This document shows, piece after piece, positions 1-10,108 of a DNA stretch of 64,000 nt. Below the pieces are notes generated by a model. The model did not search any database, was not told where the DNA came from, and was given only the letters and a program-made list of their open reading frames with translations. The position numbers and the translations under genes were made by a program. Within the stretch, counting starts at the first letter, position 1, and each line of letters opens with the position of its first letter. Origin of the DNA: Flavobacteriia bacterium (GTDB lineage Bacteria > Bacteroidota > Bacteroidia > Flavobacteriales > Flavobacteriaceae); NCBI GenBank assembly GCA_013298525.1, contig JAAFHW010000004.1:479-64478 (forward strand). Reading direction: 5' to 3'.

Positions 1-2
1 AA

Positions 3-515
3 GTAAATATGATTGCCGCAGCAGAAATTGCACGTCAGTTGAGACTTCGCGACATGGGCGGAATTATTGTAGTCGATTTTATCGATATGCAAAATCCTGA
101 AAATCGTCAAGTTCTATACAATTTCTTGAAAGAAGAAATGGAAGATGACAAAGCCAAACACAAGATCTTACCACCAAGTAAATTTGGATTAGTTCAAATT
201 ACTAGACAAAGAGTAAGACCAGAAGTAAATATTGAAACAAGGGAAGAAAATCCTAATAATCTGAGTAGCGATGTCGATGCGCCAATCCAAATTATAGACA
301 AGATTACTTTTTCACTTGAAAAAATTATGAAAGACCACAAGAAAGTAAAACTTAATGTTCATCCTTTCGTGGCAGCATACCTTAAAAAAGGTTTTCCATC
401 AATACGTTCAAAGTGGTTCTTTGAACATAAAAAATGGGTGAAAATCATACCTCGTGACGCTTACACGTACCTAGAATATCATTTTTTTGATAATCAAGGA
501 AAAGAAATTAAATAA
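3..515 (+). CDS. rng: Rne/Rng family ribonuclease (RNase E/G), C-terminal part; gene starts before the window
   Basis: EIARQLRLRDMGGIIVVDFIDM and SKFGLVQITRQR are RNase E/G catalytic-domain motifs; the frame is open from the window edge. Confidence 0.92.
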   Translation, partial: VNMIAAAEIARQLRLRDMGGIIVVDFIDMQNPENRQVLYNFLKEEMEDDKAKHKILPPSKFGLVQITRQRVRPEVNIETREENPNNLSSDVDAPIQIIDKITFSLEKIMKDHKKVKLNVHPFVAAYLKKGFPSIRSKWFFEHKKWVKIIPRDAYTYLEYHFFDNQGKEIK

Positions 516-516
516 G

Positions 517-550
517 AAAAACCGCCTTTCGTAAGATTGGCGGTTTTTTT
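517..550 (+). terminator. Rho-independent terminator after rng
   Basis: AAAACCGCC...GGCGGTTTTTTT hairpin with U-tract right after the stop. Confidence 0.85.
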
Positions 551-568
551 ATGTTTTTTTTGAAGCTA

Positions 569-657
569 ATTCCAGCTATCCGTTGCAATCTTTTACTTTG
601 TTGCCTTCGAGAGCCTCAGGCAACAAAGTAAAAGGATTTCCACTACTATCTGGGCTA
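569..657 (+). ncRNA. Flavo-1-like structured RNA/repeat, copy 1
   Basis: TTCCAGCTATCCGTTGCAATCTTTT...AAAAGGATTTCCACTACTATCTGGGCTA with a 17-bp perfect inner stem (590-606/618-634); second copy at 35236-35301; resemblance to Rfam Flavo-1 is from memory. Confidence 0.6.
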
Positions 658-679
658 GGGCTATTTCTAAAACAAGGAT

Positions 680-3055
680 TTAATCTCTTACAAACTCCAC
701 TTTTCTATTAATCTCATTTCCAAATTCATCTACAACTGTGATGTAATGAAAACCGGTGTTGGCTTCAATTTGCATTTCGTGAAACGTTTGGGTTTCGCCT
801 TTGTAAACGTTGTCAACATACCAAAAAAGTTTGGCTTCTTTGTTGGAATGAGCCACTTTTAGAATTACAGGTTGTACCTTACTTTGAAAGTTTTTGGTAA
901 GGTATATTTTGCTATTCGTTTTAGGATAAATAAAATCCATCGACGCTTGTTGCGTTTGCTGACAATCGTCTCGAAATGGCGGCAAAGGCATGTAATCTAT
1001 ATGCTGACTTTTGTAATACCATTCCATAACTGGCGGCAAAACAAACCATTTTTTAGTGACAATATTATCTACATTTTCGCAACTGCTGTTTACTCGATAT
1101 TGCTGTGAAGCATCCAAATGAACTAATTTATGATACGTACAAATACTGGTTTTTTTGCCATTTTTAGGAATCAACTGATTGGTTTTCGGGCAATCATCTT
1201 GTGCTAAATGACCACTTTTAGTGCAAACATCAGCATATTCTAAATCATTCAATGGCGGACTGAAAAACGCTTTTCGTGGTAATAAATTAAAAACATCAAA
1301 TAATATTGGTGCTGCACTGTCAACTCCTGTCAATTGTGGTCGTCCTTCACCTGAAGCATTTCCAACCCAAACGCCAACGACGTATCTCGAATTGGTTCCA
1401 ATTGCCCAAGCATCACGATTTCCGAAACTTGTTCCAGTTTTCCAAGCAATGTCTAAGGATGAATCGTAAAAACGCCAAGCTTCATCGCCTTCTGGACGAT
1501 TAACTTCTTTCATAGCGTTGTAAGTCAAATAAATGGAACCAGCACCAAGTATGGGTTTTTGATTGGTTTCATCACCATAATCTTGTTCAAATCCGTTAAC
1601 GTAATTCAACTCTGAAAATTCTTTATTTCGGTATTTTCCTTTTGTTTTATTGAAATAATTTACTGTTGAAGAAAGATTGGCATACGTTTTACACAAATCC
1701 CAAAGATTACTTTCGGCACCACCAAGAATTAAAGATAATCCATAATGATCAGGTCTTTTATTGATGTTTTTTAGTTGGAATTTTTGAAGTAATTCATAAA
1801 AATTATTCACGCCGTGTTCTTGCAACATCAAAACGGCTGGAATATTCAACGAACGCGACAAAGCTCGTTGTGCCGGAACTGCACCATCAAAAGTCAGATT
1901 AAAATTCTGTGGTGCATAACCCGAAATTTGAGTAGGAATATCAGCAACCAACGTATTTGGAAGAAGTTCGCCCGAATCTAACATCGATGCATAAAGCAAG
2001 GGTTTTAAAATACTTCCTGTGCTTCGCGGTGCCGAAATAACATCAACATCTTTGTCGTGATCTTTATCTGTTGGAGCATTTCCAACATAACTAATTACGT
2101 TTCGATTTTGAATGTCAATAACCATAATCGCCAAGTTGTGCACTTCGTTTTGTTTGTATTGATTGTAATAATAAGCAGCGATTTGATTCACACGATTTTG
2201 TAGCGAAATATCAACGGTGGTTTTGATACGTTTTCCTTCGTCAGATTTTGCAACTCGCTGCAATAAATGAGGTGCAATTTGCGGAACATTATAAGGTTTT
2301 TGTGGCAACGGTTCTTCAATTGATAATTGATAAGTCATTTTATCAATAACTTTTTCGTTGTATAATTTTAGTAAAAGTGTATTACGTTTTTTTAGTAATT
2401 TCTGTTGGTTCTTACCTGGATAAATTAAACTTGGAGCATTTGGTAAAACCGCTAAAGTAGCCGTTTCTGCCCAAGACAATTGATGCGATTGAACACCAAA
2501 ATATCGCCAAGAAGCCATTTCGAGTCCAACAACATTTCCGCCATAAGGTGCGTGTGCCGCGTATAATTCTAAAATTTTTTCTTTAGAATGACGGAATTCC
2601 AATCGGGTTGCAAGAATAATTTCGATTACTTTTTCAAAATAGGTACGTTTTTTATTTTTGCGAGACAAACGAATCACTTGTTGTGTTAAAGTACTTCCAC
2701 CACGAACTACTTTTCCTGCGCTTCGATTTTGTTGAATAGCTTTAACCATTGCAACAGGATTAAAACCCCAATGGTAATTGAAATGTTCGTCTTCAAAATA
2801 GACAATACATTTTTTAAATTTATCTGGAATACTATCCTTGGCAGGAAAACGCCATTGTCCATCGCGAGCAATTTTGGCTGCTAATAATTCGCCATCGTTA
2901 CTTTCAATTACAGTGGAATAAGGTTCTTCAAAAAGTGTTCTTGGCAATGAAAAATAGTAAACCACAAGAAGAATAAATGCAATTGCAGATTTCTTTTTGT
3001 TTGCTTTTATATATTTTAAAATGCGTTGAAGAAACGCTTGGAGTTTTTGTTTCAT
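680..3055 (-). CDS. pbpC: Penicillin-binding protein 1C (transglycosylase/transpeptidase)
   Basis: EDxxF, GGSTLTQQ, SxxK (STGSILKP), SLN and KTGT motifs, PBP1C C-terminal domain; lies next to the alpha-2-macroglobulin gene; ATG at 3055 preferred. Confidence 0.95.
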   Translation of the reverse strand: MKQKLQAFLQRILKYIKANKKKSAIAFILLVVYYFSLPRTLFEEPYSTVIESNDGELLAAKIARDGQWRFPAKDSIPDKFKKCIVYFEDEHFNYHWGFNPVAMVKAIQQNRSAGKVVRGGSTLTQQVIRLSRKNKKRTYFEKVIEIILATRLEFRHSKEKILELYAAHAPYGGNVVGLEMASWRYFGVQSHQLSWAETATLAVLPNAPSLIYPGKNQQKLLKKRNTLLLKLYNEKVIDKMTYQLSIEEPLPQKPYNVPQIAPHLLQRVAKSDEGKRIKTTVDISLQNRVNQIAAYYYNQYKQNEVHNLAIMVIDIQNRNVISYVGNAPTDKDHDKDVDVISAPRSTGSILKPLLYASMLDSGELLPNTLVADIPTQISGYAPQNFNLTFDGAVPAQRALSRSLNIPAVLMLQEHGVNNFYELLQKFQLKNINKRPDHYGLSLILGGAESNLWDLCKTYANLSSTVNYFNKTKGKYRNKEFSELNYVNGFEQDYGDETNQKPILGAGSIYLTYNAMKEVNRPEGDEAWRFYDSSLDIAWKTGTSFGNRDAWAIGTNSRYVVGVWVGNASGEGRPQLTGVDSAAPILFDVFNLLPRKAFFSPPLNDLEYADVCTKSGHLAQDDCPKTNQLIPKNGKKTSICTYHKLVHLDASQQYRVNSSCENVDNIVTKKWFVLPPVMEWYYKSQHIDYMPLPPFRDDCQQTQQASMDFIYPKTNSKIYLTKNFQSKVQPVILKVAHSNKEAKLFWYVDNVYKGETQTFHEMQIEANTGFHYITVVDEFGNEINRKVEFVRD

Positions 3056-3066
3056 TGTAATTATTT

Positions 3067-3229
3067 TAACCACAAAGGGCACAAAGTGGGCACAAAGTTC
3101 GCTAAGATTTTTTTCTTGTTCTCTTTATGGTTAGTCTTATATTAACACTAGGTTCACAAAGTAGGCACCAAGTTCACTAAGATATTTTCCTTGTGTTCTT
3201 TGTGCCTACTTTGTGTGCTTAGTGGTTAG
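3067..3229. repeat. Intergenic palindromic CACAAAG-type repeat pair
   Basis: Tandem (GG)CACAAAG units; 14-bp perfect inverted repeat CACAAAGTAGGCAC (3155-3168) / GTGCCTACTTTGTG (3202-3215). Confidence 0.8.
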
Positions 3230-3231
3230 TT

Positions 3232-6200
3232 TTACTTCACCACTTCAACCCATTGACCTTTAGTTCGAGCCAAGAATTCATTGTCATACATCGCTTCACA
3301 TTGTAATCCTGGTAAATAATATTTACCTAAATACGAAGCATTTAATAAGATTTTGAACGTTCTTGTTTCGCCACCACGAAGACCGAAATAATAATTAGCT
3401 CTATCATCGCGAATGTCTATATAATCAGCAACATTGGATGTTGATTCACCAAATTCAGTGTATCTTGTATTTACAATTTCGAATCCAGAAGGTAGAATTT
3501 GCGAAAGCGCAATGTTATCTACTCGTTCATTTTTACGATTGGTTAGCGTAACCTCTGCAATGAATTCAGTTCCTTGAGCTATTTTGGTTACTGAGATTGC
3601 TTTTCCTTTTCGGTCTTTGAAAACTACATTTGCTGATAAGTTGTTTTGAACTACATTTTCTTTTCCAACAGGAAGAATTCCGCTGTTCAAGACACGAACG
3701 AATATCGTATTATTCTTGTTGTTCTTAATAGTAACAGAGTTAGTACCTGAAACTAAAGATAAATTTCGTTGAGCTACCGTTTTATTGGTGTTAATTACAA
3801 CCGATTTTCCACCATTAGTATATTGAACAGAAACGCCTTTACTACCATTACTTTGTGCAAATTTTGACATTGCGTATAATCCGTAAGCTGTTGTTTGTGT
3901 GCTCATCCATTCATTACTTGAAAGATTTTTAGCCAATTTGGTTGCCATTGCAAAAGCTTTTTGTTTTTGACCTAACAACACTAAAGTTTCTAAAGCCATC
4001 GCACGATTTCTTTCGTTTGAACCATAATAATAGTAGTAACCGTCTTCGTTTTGTTCGTCAATCATTGATTTGCTCAACAAGGCTAAACCTGCCGAGTTTT
4101 GTTTGATAATAGCATAGGTTGCAGCCAAACGCAATTTACTTTCGTTAGAAATTCCAACCGTTTCACGAAGTCTGTTCATCGAAGCTAAATCGGCCGAACC
4201 TGCAATAGCTAAGGTGTAAAGACGATACGCTTGTGCAAAATCGTTACCATATTGTTTTTCAAAACGCCATTGTTTTGCCATTTTTTTCTGGTAAGAAATC
4301 CATTTATTTTTGAAAGAAATTGGTAAAACATAGCCTTTTTTCTCTGCTTCAATTAAGAAATGTCCTGCGTAAGAAGTTCCCCAATCGTCTGCTTCGGCAT
4401 TTCCTGGCCAATAAGCAAATCCGCCATTTGCCACTTGGAAATTTCCTAATTTTTGAATTCCTGCAGTTACATTTTTCTGAATTCGTTGTTTGTAAGTCGC
4501 GTCTAAATCCATCACATCATTCAAATACAATTGTGGAAAAACAGACGATGTAGTTTGTTCCACACAACCATGTGGATATTGAATCAAATAATCCAATCTT
4601 CGGCTGAAATCAACCGTTGGAACCGATGAAACTTCCATTTTAGATTTATTGCTTCCGGTTACTCCAAATAAATCCCAAGATATTTTTTTAGAACTATTTG
4701 GTTCAATAATAATATCAGTGTATGTTGTGGTTATTGGATTTGGATTCATCACATCAATTTCAACATCATAAGTAGATTTCTCTTTTCCTGATGTGGCGAT
4801 GATTTGCACTTTTCCAATTCCTGTAATATTTCCAACACTTAAATTGAAATACGCCATTTTTTCGTCTGGCTCTGTGAATTTTACAATTTGACTTGCTTTT
4901 CCAAGAACTCTAACAGCATTATTTGTTTTAATTTGAAGTGTTACATTTTTGATATTTTTCTCTGTTGCAAAAAGTGTCACAGGAATCGTAACATTTTCTG
5001 AAGGAGAAATTTTTCGTGGCAACGAAGCCAAAACCATCAACGGACTTTTTACTTGTGTAGCTTTTTCAGCCATTCCGTATGCACTATTTTCTTTATTGGC
5101 AGCCACAACCATCGTACGAACCGAACCAATGTATTTTGGAAGTTTAATTTGATGCGTTTTAGAATCACCTTTTCCTAATTCAAATGGACCGAAATACATC
5201 ACAACCGGTTTGAAACGATTCGCTTTTTTAGCTTTTCCGCCACCTAAATCGGCATCACCACCAATGGCGAAAACCTGATTTACTTTTCCGCCATAAGCAC
5301 CAATTACATCGTCATAAATATCCCAAGTTCTAACGCCTAATGCTTCACGAGTGTAGAAATTATCCCAAGCATTTGGAGTTTTGAAACGAGTTAAATCCAA
5401 CAAACCTTCATCAACAACAGCAATGGTATAAGTCATTGATTTTCCTTGTTTTTCAGATACTTTTACATTCACTGTTTGCTCAGGACGAAGTACATCTGGC
5501 ATTGAAATTTGAGGTTCCAAAACCGTGTTTTTATCGACAACTTCAATTGGAACAATTCCGTACATTCTTATAGGCGAATCGTTTTTAGTTGATGCATGTG
5601 GTTGCAAAAGCGTTACATTGATGTAAACATTTGGCGCCATTTCACCAGTAATTGGTAATTCGACAGTGGTTTCACCTTTTTTGGTTTTTGCCCAAAGCGT
5701 TTTCACCACTTTAGTTCCGTTTTCTACAGAAATTAATGCTCTTCCGCCTTCACTTGATGGGAAGAATATTTTAGCAGTTTCACCAACAGCATATTTCTCT
5801 TTATCGGTTGAAAAACGTAACATTGTCGCGGCTTTTCCATCTTCGTTTTTAGAACGAGCTGACCAATATGGAGAGTCAATATAAACTCTTGTTCCTGTGG
5901 CGTGACCATCATTTGGATCGGAAACACGAACTAAATAATTACCCCAATCGTTTTCTGGAACCACAAATGAAATACTTGCTTTTCCTGAATAATCAGTTGA
6001 AACTCTAAAGTTTTTGTAAGCAATTGTTGAAGTAGACGAACTATAATTCGACAAATTATCGTTAGAAGCATCCCACCACCAACGCGATTCTAATTTGTAA
6101 ATACGAACATCCAAATTCTGAACTGATTTTGGTTTTCCGTTTTCCGAAACTGCTACAATATCAAATCGGTTGGCTTTTCCTGTTTCTAATAAGCCAAATT

Positions 6201-8925
6201 TGTTTGGTTCAGGAGCTTTTACACCAATATAGGTTTGGTATGGAGAATACGTAGTCGAAGCCACATCAGTTGAAACATCGCCACCTTGTTCGTATACTTT
6301 AGTTATGAATGCAGCTTTCAACATTCCTGGCGCTTGACCTTGCAATGTTGGTTTTATTGGAATAGATGCACGACCATTTCCATCAACTTTTCCTGAAAAA
6401 ATATTGATTTCTTCAGTTGAAAAACTTCTTGTTGGATCGTCAAAAACGTATTTGTCAAATCCTTTAAACGTTGTAACTTGTTGTGAGAATTTGGCTTGAA
6501 CTTCCGTTTTTAAATCTTTTGCTACAGCACCGTGAAGCCATAAAACTTGAATATTATTGACATTGTTTTTGCTTGTAGAAAGAACTGCATCGTTGAAACT
6601 ATTTTTGATTTTTAAACGATTAGGTTTGATGGTTTCAATTTTCAAACTTTTGTAAAAACGAGCACCACCAACACTTACAACGGCTTCCCAATTTCCTGTT
6701 GGAGCACTGGATTGCGTTGGAACTATGAATTTATAATGACTGAAAGCCGTTCCTTTTTGAACCGATTGATACACGGTTTTTCCACTTGGATCGTTTACTC
6801 TAATTTTTATCGGATGATTTTCTGGTAATTTATTGGCGTTATCATTTAAAATAAACGACAAATACAATGTATCACCTGGACGCCAAACGCCTCTTTCTCC
6901 ATATAAATATCCTTTTAAACCTTTTTGCAAAGTCTCGCCTGAAACATCAAAATCACTTACAGATAAAGACAATTCGTCGTCCAATTTCACGTAAGTGCTT
7001 TGGTCGCCTTTGGTAACAATTGCGAAATAGGCAATTTTTTCTAATTGGAACGATGCCATTCCATCGCCATCAGTACTTGAATCGGCAATTTTTTGTTGTT
7101 GGTAATTGTATAAAGTTACAGTTGCACCCGAAACAGGATCAGTAGAAACGATATCACTAACTGCAATTGTCACTGATTTATCTGTTCCACGTTTCGCAAT
7201 TACACCTAAATCGGTTGCTAAAATATTGGTTCCAATGGTTGTGTTGTTGTAATAATAATAGTCGGTGCAAGGATCAAGACTTTCTCTGTAATCATAATCT
7301 TCATCATAGTAATAATAATCGTAATTGTTGCCGCTATAATTGACGTCGTCTTCGTTTTCTTCTTCAGAATCTTGATTTTCTTCTTCGTTATTTGGCGTTT
7401 CATTTCCACATTTGTAAAGTGAATAATTTTTCTTAAATGAAAATTCAACACGATAAATCGCACCTGGTTCTGGAGTTACAATTTTAGAAATATCTAAAGC
7501 ATAGGTATTCCATTTGGTATAATCGAGCAGGTTATTTTGTTTTAATTCGATGGTTTTTTTGGCGACTGATTGTCCAACTTGTTTTAGATTTCGAGTTCCG
7601 TTAAGTTCATTATTTTGCAAGAATTGCATGATGTTGTTTTTGTAAATTTTGTACACTTTTACATCAACAGCATTCAAATTGGCAGCTTGAAAATTAATTT
7701 TTAAATTATTAGAACTTGGTAAAATTGTACCGCTTTTAACTAATCGTACGGCTGGTTTTATTTGTTCAAATTGTAGTTTTTCAGAATAATTTTGCTTCAT
7801 TTTGTAGCCGTATTCGCTTTCAATTCCTTGAAAAACTTCGACTAGTTTTGTTCCGGCAAAAGATTGAATATTAGATTCTTCTTCAACAGCTTCAACTACT
7901 GGTGCAACATAAGCTACAGCCGAATCAACCGCAACAGCAGCAGTGTCAACAGCAACGGCTACCGAATCAACAATAGCAGTTACACTTTCGGTGATAGTTT
8001 CAGTTGAATTTCCTTTATCTACTTCAGAATTTTTGGCCTCATTACTGAAAAACACTTTCAAAACGTTGCCCATTGTGGCAAATTTCAAATTGTTAGTATT
8101 TTCAATTGCGATTAATCCTTTAAAATCTTGATCTCTTTTTAATGGATCGGAGAAGTTTATCAATAAAGATTGGTTGTTTTCGTCACCAATTTTAATATCT
8201 AAAACTTTGAATTGATTTTTGCCTGGAATTGGATATTTTACTTCACCTTCTTGCTCAATATCTGCATCATCGCCATCCCAAGCAATGGTGATTTCGCTGT
8301 CATCATCGAAGCGTTTTATTTTATCAATAGTGAATTTGAATTCCGTTGAAGTACTTGTTGCTTTATCAAAAATTATTTTTAAATCATCACCATTTTGAGT
8401 TGATTTCAACAATTTTTGAGCATCTTCAAAAGATAAATTATCAGCGGTTTTAATAGTTCCGTTTAAATAATAAGTGTCTCTATCATAGGATTGTAAGTCT
8501 AAAGTATTGACAATGAAATCTTGCTTGATGGTTTTTATGGAAAAATTAAAATTCTCCAATTCTTTTGGTGTCTTATCATTGATTTGTGAAAGGTGAAGTG
8601 TAATTTGATATAACGTATTTTGTTCCAATTTGTCTTTTGGAATAAAAGCAATGGTATTATTAGAAAGTGCCACTACTTTTCCAGAAACACTTGGAGAAAT
8701 GTCGAACAAATCTTCGTCTAATTCTTGGTTGGGTTTCCAATCATTTTTATTGAAAGCCAATTGCACACGAATATCGGAACTGACCGATACAAAACCAGAA
8801 GAAAAACTCGATATATAATCCTTGTATAAAGTGAAGTCGGAATCAAAATCGGCAGCCGATTTTTTAGAACAAGAATGCAATACAAAGATTGCAAGAAACA
8901 AACCGATTAACTTGCTGGTTTTCAT
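3232..8925 (-). CDS. Bacterial alpha-2-macroglobulin lipoprotein (YfhM-like)
   Basis: About 1900 aa; lipobox LHSC; ERGVWRPGD, AVVDEG and thioester motif YPHGCVEQ; upstream of pbpC; ATG at 8925 preferred. Confidence 0.95.
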   Translation of the reverse strand: MKTSKLIGLFLAIFVLHSCSKKSAADFDSDFTLYKDYISSFSSGFVSVSSDIRVQLAFNKNDWKPNQELDEDLFDISPSVSGKVVALSNNTIAFIPKDKLEQNTLYQITLHLSQINDKTPKELENFNFSIKTIKQDFIVNTLDLQSYDRDTYYLNGTIKTADNLSFEDAQKLLKSTQNGDDLKIIFDKATSTSTEFKFTIDKIKRFDDDSEITIAWDGDDADIEQEGEVKYPIPGKNQFKVLDIKIGDENNQSLLINFSDPLKRDQDFKGLIAIENTNNLKFATMGNVLKVFFSNEAKNSEVDKGNSTETITESVTAIVDSVAVAVDTAAVAVDSAVAYVAPVVEAVEEESNIQSFAGTKLVEVFQGIESEYGYKMKQNYSEKLQFEQIKPAVRLVKSGTILPSSNNLKINFQAANLNAVDVKVYKIYKNNIMQFLQNNELNGTRNLKQVGQSVAKKTIELKQNNLLDYTKWNTYALDISKIVTPEPGAIYRVEFSFKKNYSLYKCGNETPNNEEENQDSEEENEDDVNYSGNNYDYYYYDEDYDYRESLDPCTDYYYYNNTTIGTNILATDLGVIAKRGTDKSVTIAVSDIVSTDPVSGATVTLYNYQQQKIADSSTDGDGMASFQLEKIAYFAIVTKGDQSTYVKLDDELSLSVSDFDVSGETLQKGLKGYLYGERGVWRPGDTLYLSFILNDNANKLPENHPIKIRVNDPSGKTVYQSVQKGTAFSHYKFIVPTQSSAPTGNWEAVVSVGGARFYKSLKIETIKPNRLKIKNSFNDAVLSTSKNNVNNIQVLWLHGAVAKDLKTEVQAKFSQQVTTFKGFDKYVFDDPTRSFSTEEINIFSGKVDGNGRASIPIKPTLQGQAPGMLKAAFITKVYEQGGDVSTDVASTTYSPYQTYIGVKAPEPNKFGLLETGKANRFDIVAVSENGKPKSVQNLDVRIYKLESRWWWDASNDNLSNYSSSTSTIAYKNFRVSTDYSGKASISFVVPENDWGNYLVRVSDPNDGHATGTRVYIDSPYWSARSKNEDGKAATMLRFSTDKEKYAVGETAKIFFPSSEGGRALISVENGTKVVKTLWAKTKKGETTVELPITGEMAPNVYINVTLLQPHASTKNDSPIRMYGIVPIEVVDKNTVLEPQISMPDVLRPEQTVNVKVSEKQGKSMTYTIAVVDEGLLDLTRFKTPNAWDNFYTREALGVRTWDIYDDVIGAYGGKVNQVFAIGGDADLGGGKAKKANRFKPVVMYFGPFELGKGDSKTHQIKLPKYIGSVRTMVVAANKENSAYGMAEKATQVKSPLMVLASLPRKISPSENVTIPVTLFATEKNIKNVTLQIKTNNAVRVLGKASQIVKFTEPDEKMAYFNLSVGNITGIGKVQIIATSGKEKSTYDVEIDVMNPNPITTTYTDIIIEPNSSKKISWDLFGVTGSNKSKMEVSSVPTVDFSRRLDYLIQYPHGCVEQTTSSVFPQLYLNDVMDLDATYKQRIQKNVTAGIQKLGNFQVANGGFAYWPGNAEADDWGTSYAGHFLIEAEKKGYVLPISFKNKWISYQKKMAKQWRFEKQYGNDFAQAYRLYTLAIAGSADLASMNRLRETVGISNESKLRLAATYAIIKQNSAGLALLSKSMIDEQNEDGYYYYYGSNERNRAMALETLVLLGQKQKAFAMATKLAKNLSSNEWMSTQTTAYGLYAMSKFAQSNGSKGVSVQYTNGGKSVVINTNKTVAQRNLSLVSGTNSVTIKNNKNNTIFVRVLNSGILPVGKENVVQNNLSANVVFKDRKGKAISVTKIAQGTEFIAEVTLTNRKNERVDNIALSQILPSGFEIVNTRYTEFGESTSNVADYIDIRDDRANYYFGLRGGETRTFKILLNASYLGKYYLPGLQCEAMYDNEFLARTKGQWVEVVK

Positions 8926-9077
8926 GTGTTTTTTGGAATTATTGGTTAGAACTTTTTGACTTGAAAATATGATTTTTAACACTTTCAATTAATGCTATAA
9001 CAGAAATAAATTTTAAATATTGTAGTAAATGTAAAATAAATTTTTGGACTATTTTTCTTGTAAAAAAAGGAATTTAT

Positions 9078-9521
9078 CTACTTTCGTTTTTCAGCAAAAA
9101 AACGTTTCATTAAGTCGCCACATTCTTGAGCTAAAATGCCTTGATTTACTTGAGTTTTTGGATGTAATTTGGTTCCTAAAGTTTGAAATCCGCGTTGTTC
9201 GTCTCGAGCACCAAAAACAATTTTGGAAATCTGACTCCAATACAAAGCACCAGCGCACATTTGACATGGTTCAAGCGTAACATATAAAGTGCAATCTTTC
9301 AAGTATTTTCCTCCAAGGAAATTGGCAGCGGCAGTTATCGATTGCATTTCGGCGTGTGCTGTTACATCGTTTAATAATTCCGTAAGATTATGACTTCTTG
9401 CAATGACTTTATTGTCAATTACAATGATGGCGCCAACAGGAATTTCACCTTTTTCAAAAGCAGTTTCGGCTTCTTGCAAAGCTTTTTTCATGAAGTATTC
9501 GTCGGTGAAAATGTTTTCCAT
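9078..9521 (-). CDS. tadA: tRNA adenosine deaminase / nucleoside deaminase
   Basis: GEIPVGA, HAE and TLEPCQMC zinc-deaminase motifs. Confidence 0.85.
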   Translation of the reverse strand: MENIFTDEYFMKKALQEAETAFEKGEIPVGAIIVIDNKVIARSHNLTELLNDVTAHAEMQSITAAANFLGGKYLKDCTLYVTLEPCQMCAGALYWSQISKIVFGARDEQRGFQTLGTKLHPKTQVNQGILAQECGDLMKRFFAEKRK

Positions 9522-9581
9522 AGAACAAAAATACAATTTTGATGCAATTTTTCGTTATAATTGTATAGTCAACATTTTATT

Positions 9582-10076
9582 ATGGAAAATAAATTTAAAG
9601 TTACAGTTCCAAAACCATGTCATGAAAATTGGAACTTAATGAATCCTACAGAAAAAGGAAGATTTTGTGATGTGTGTACGAAAAGTGTGGTGGATTTTAC
9701 GGACAAATCTTCAACAGAAATTCAAGAATATTTTTTAATAAATAAAAATCAACGAGTTTGTGGAAGATTTAGGAATGAACAAATAAGTAAGTTTGATATT
9801 AAAATCCCAATAACCGTATTAATTAAACAAAAAACATTTCAAAAAGCATTTTTATTAGCTTTATTTATTGCGATGGGAAGCTCACTTTTTAGTTGTAAAA
9901 ACCACAATGATGAAACATTAGGAGAAGTTTCAGTGGTTGACTCTACCAAACAAATTAAAGAAGAACCACAGAGAACGATGGGAATAATACTTCCACCAAA
10001 GGAAAAAGAAACACTTATAGGTGATACTATATATATTTCAACTGATTCAACAAAAATAAAGAAAATTGAAAAATAG
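9582..10076 (+). CDS. Hypothetical membrane protein with Cys-rich N-terminal domain
   Basis: PKPCHENW..M...GRFCDVC...CGRF followed by a hydrophobic segment ending SLFSC. Confidence 0.7.
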   Translation: MENKFKVTVPKPCHENWNLMNPTEKGRFCDVCTKSVVDFTDKSSTEIQEYFLINKNQRVCGRFRNEQISKFDIKIPITVLIKQKTFQKAFLLALFIAMGSSLFSCKNHNDETLGEVSVVDSTKQIKEEPQRTMGIILPPKEKETLIGDTIYISTDSTKIKKIEK

Positions 10077-10108
10077 AAATTTTCATTTTCATGTTGTACA
10101 TTTGCTAC

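Noticed and set aside
3067..3229. Possible CRISPR array
   Set aside because: Units are short, degenerate and inverted, with no constant repeat and unique spacer pattern and no cas genes
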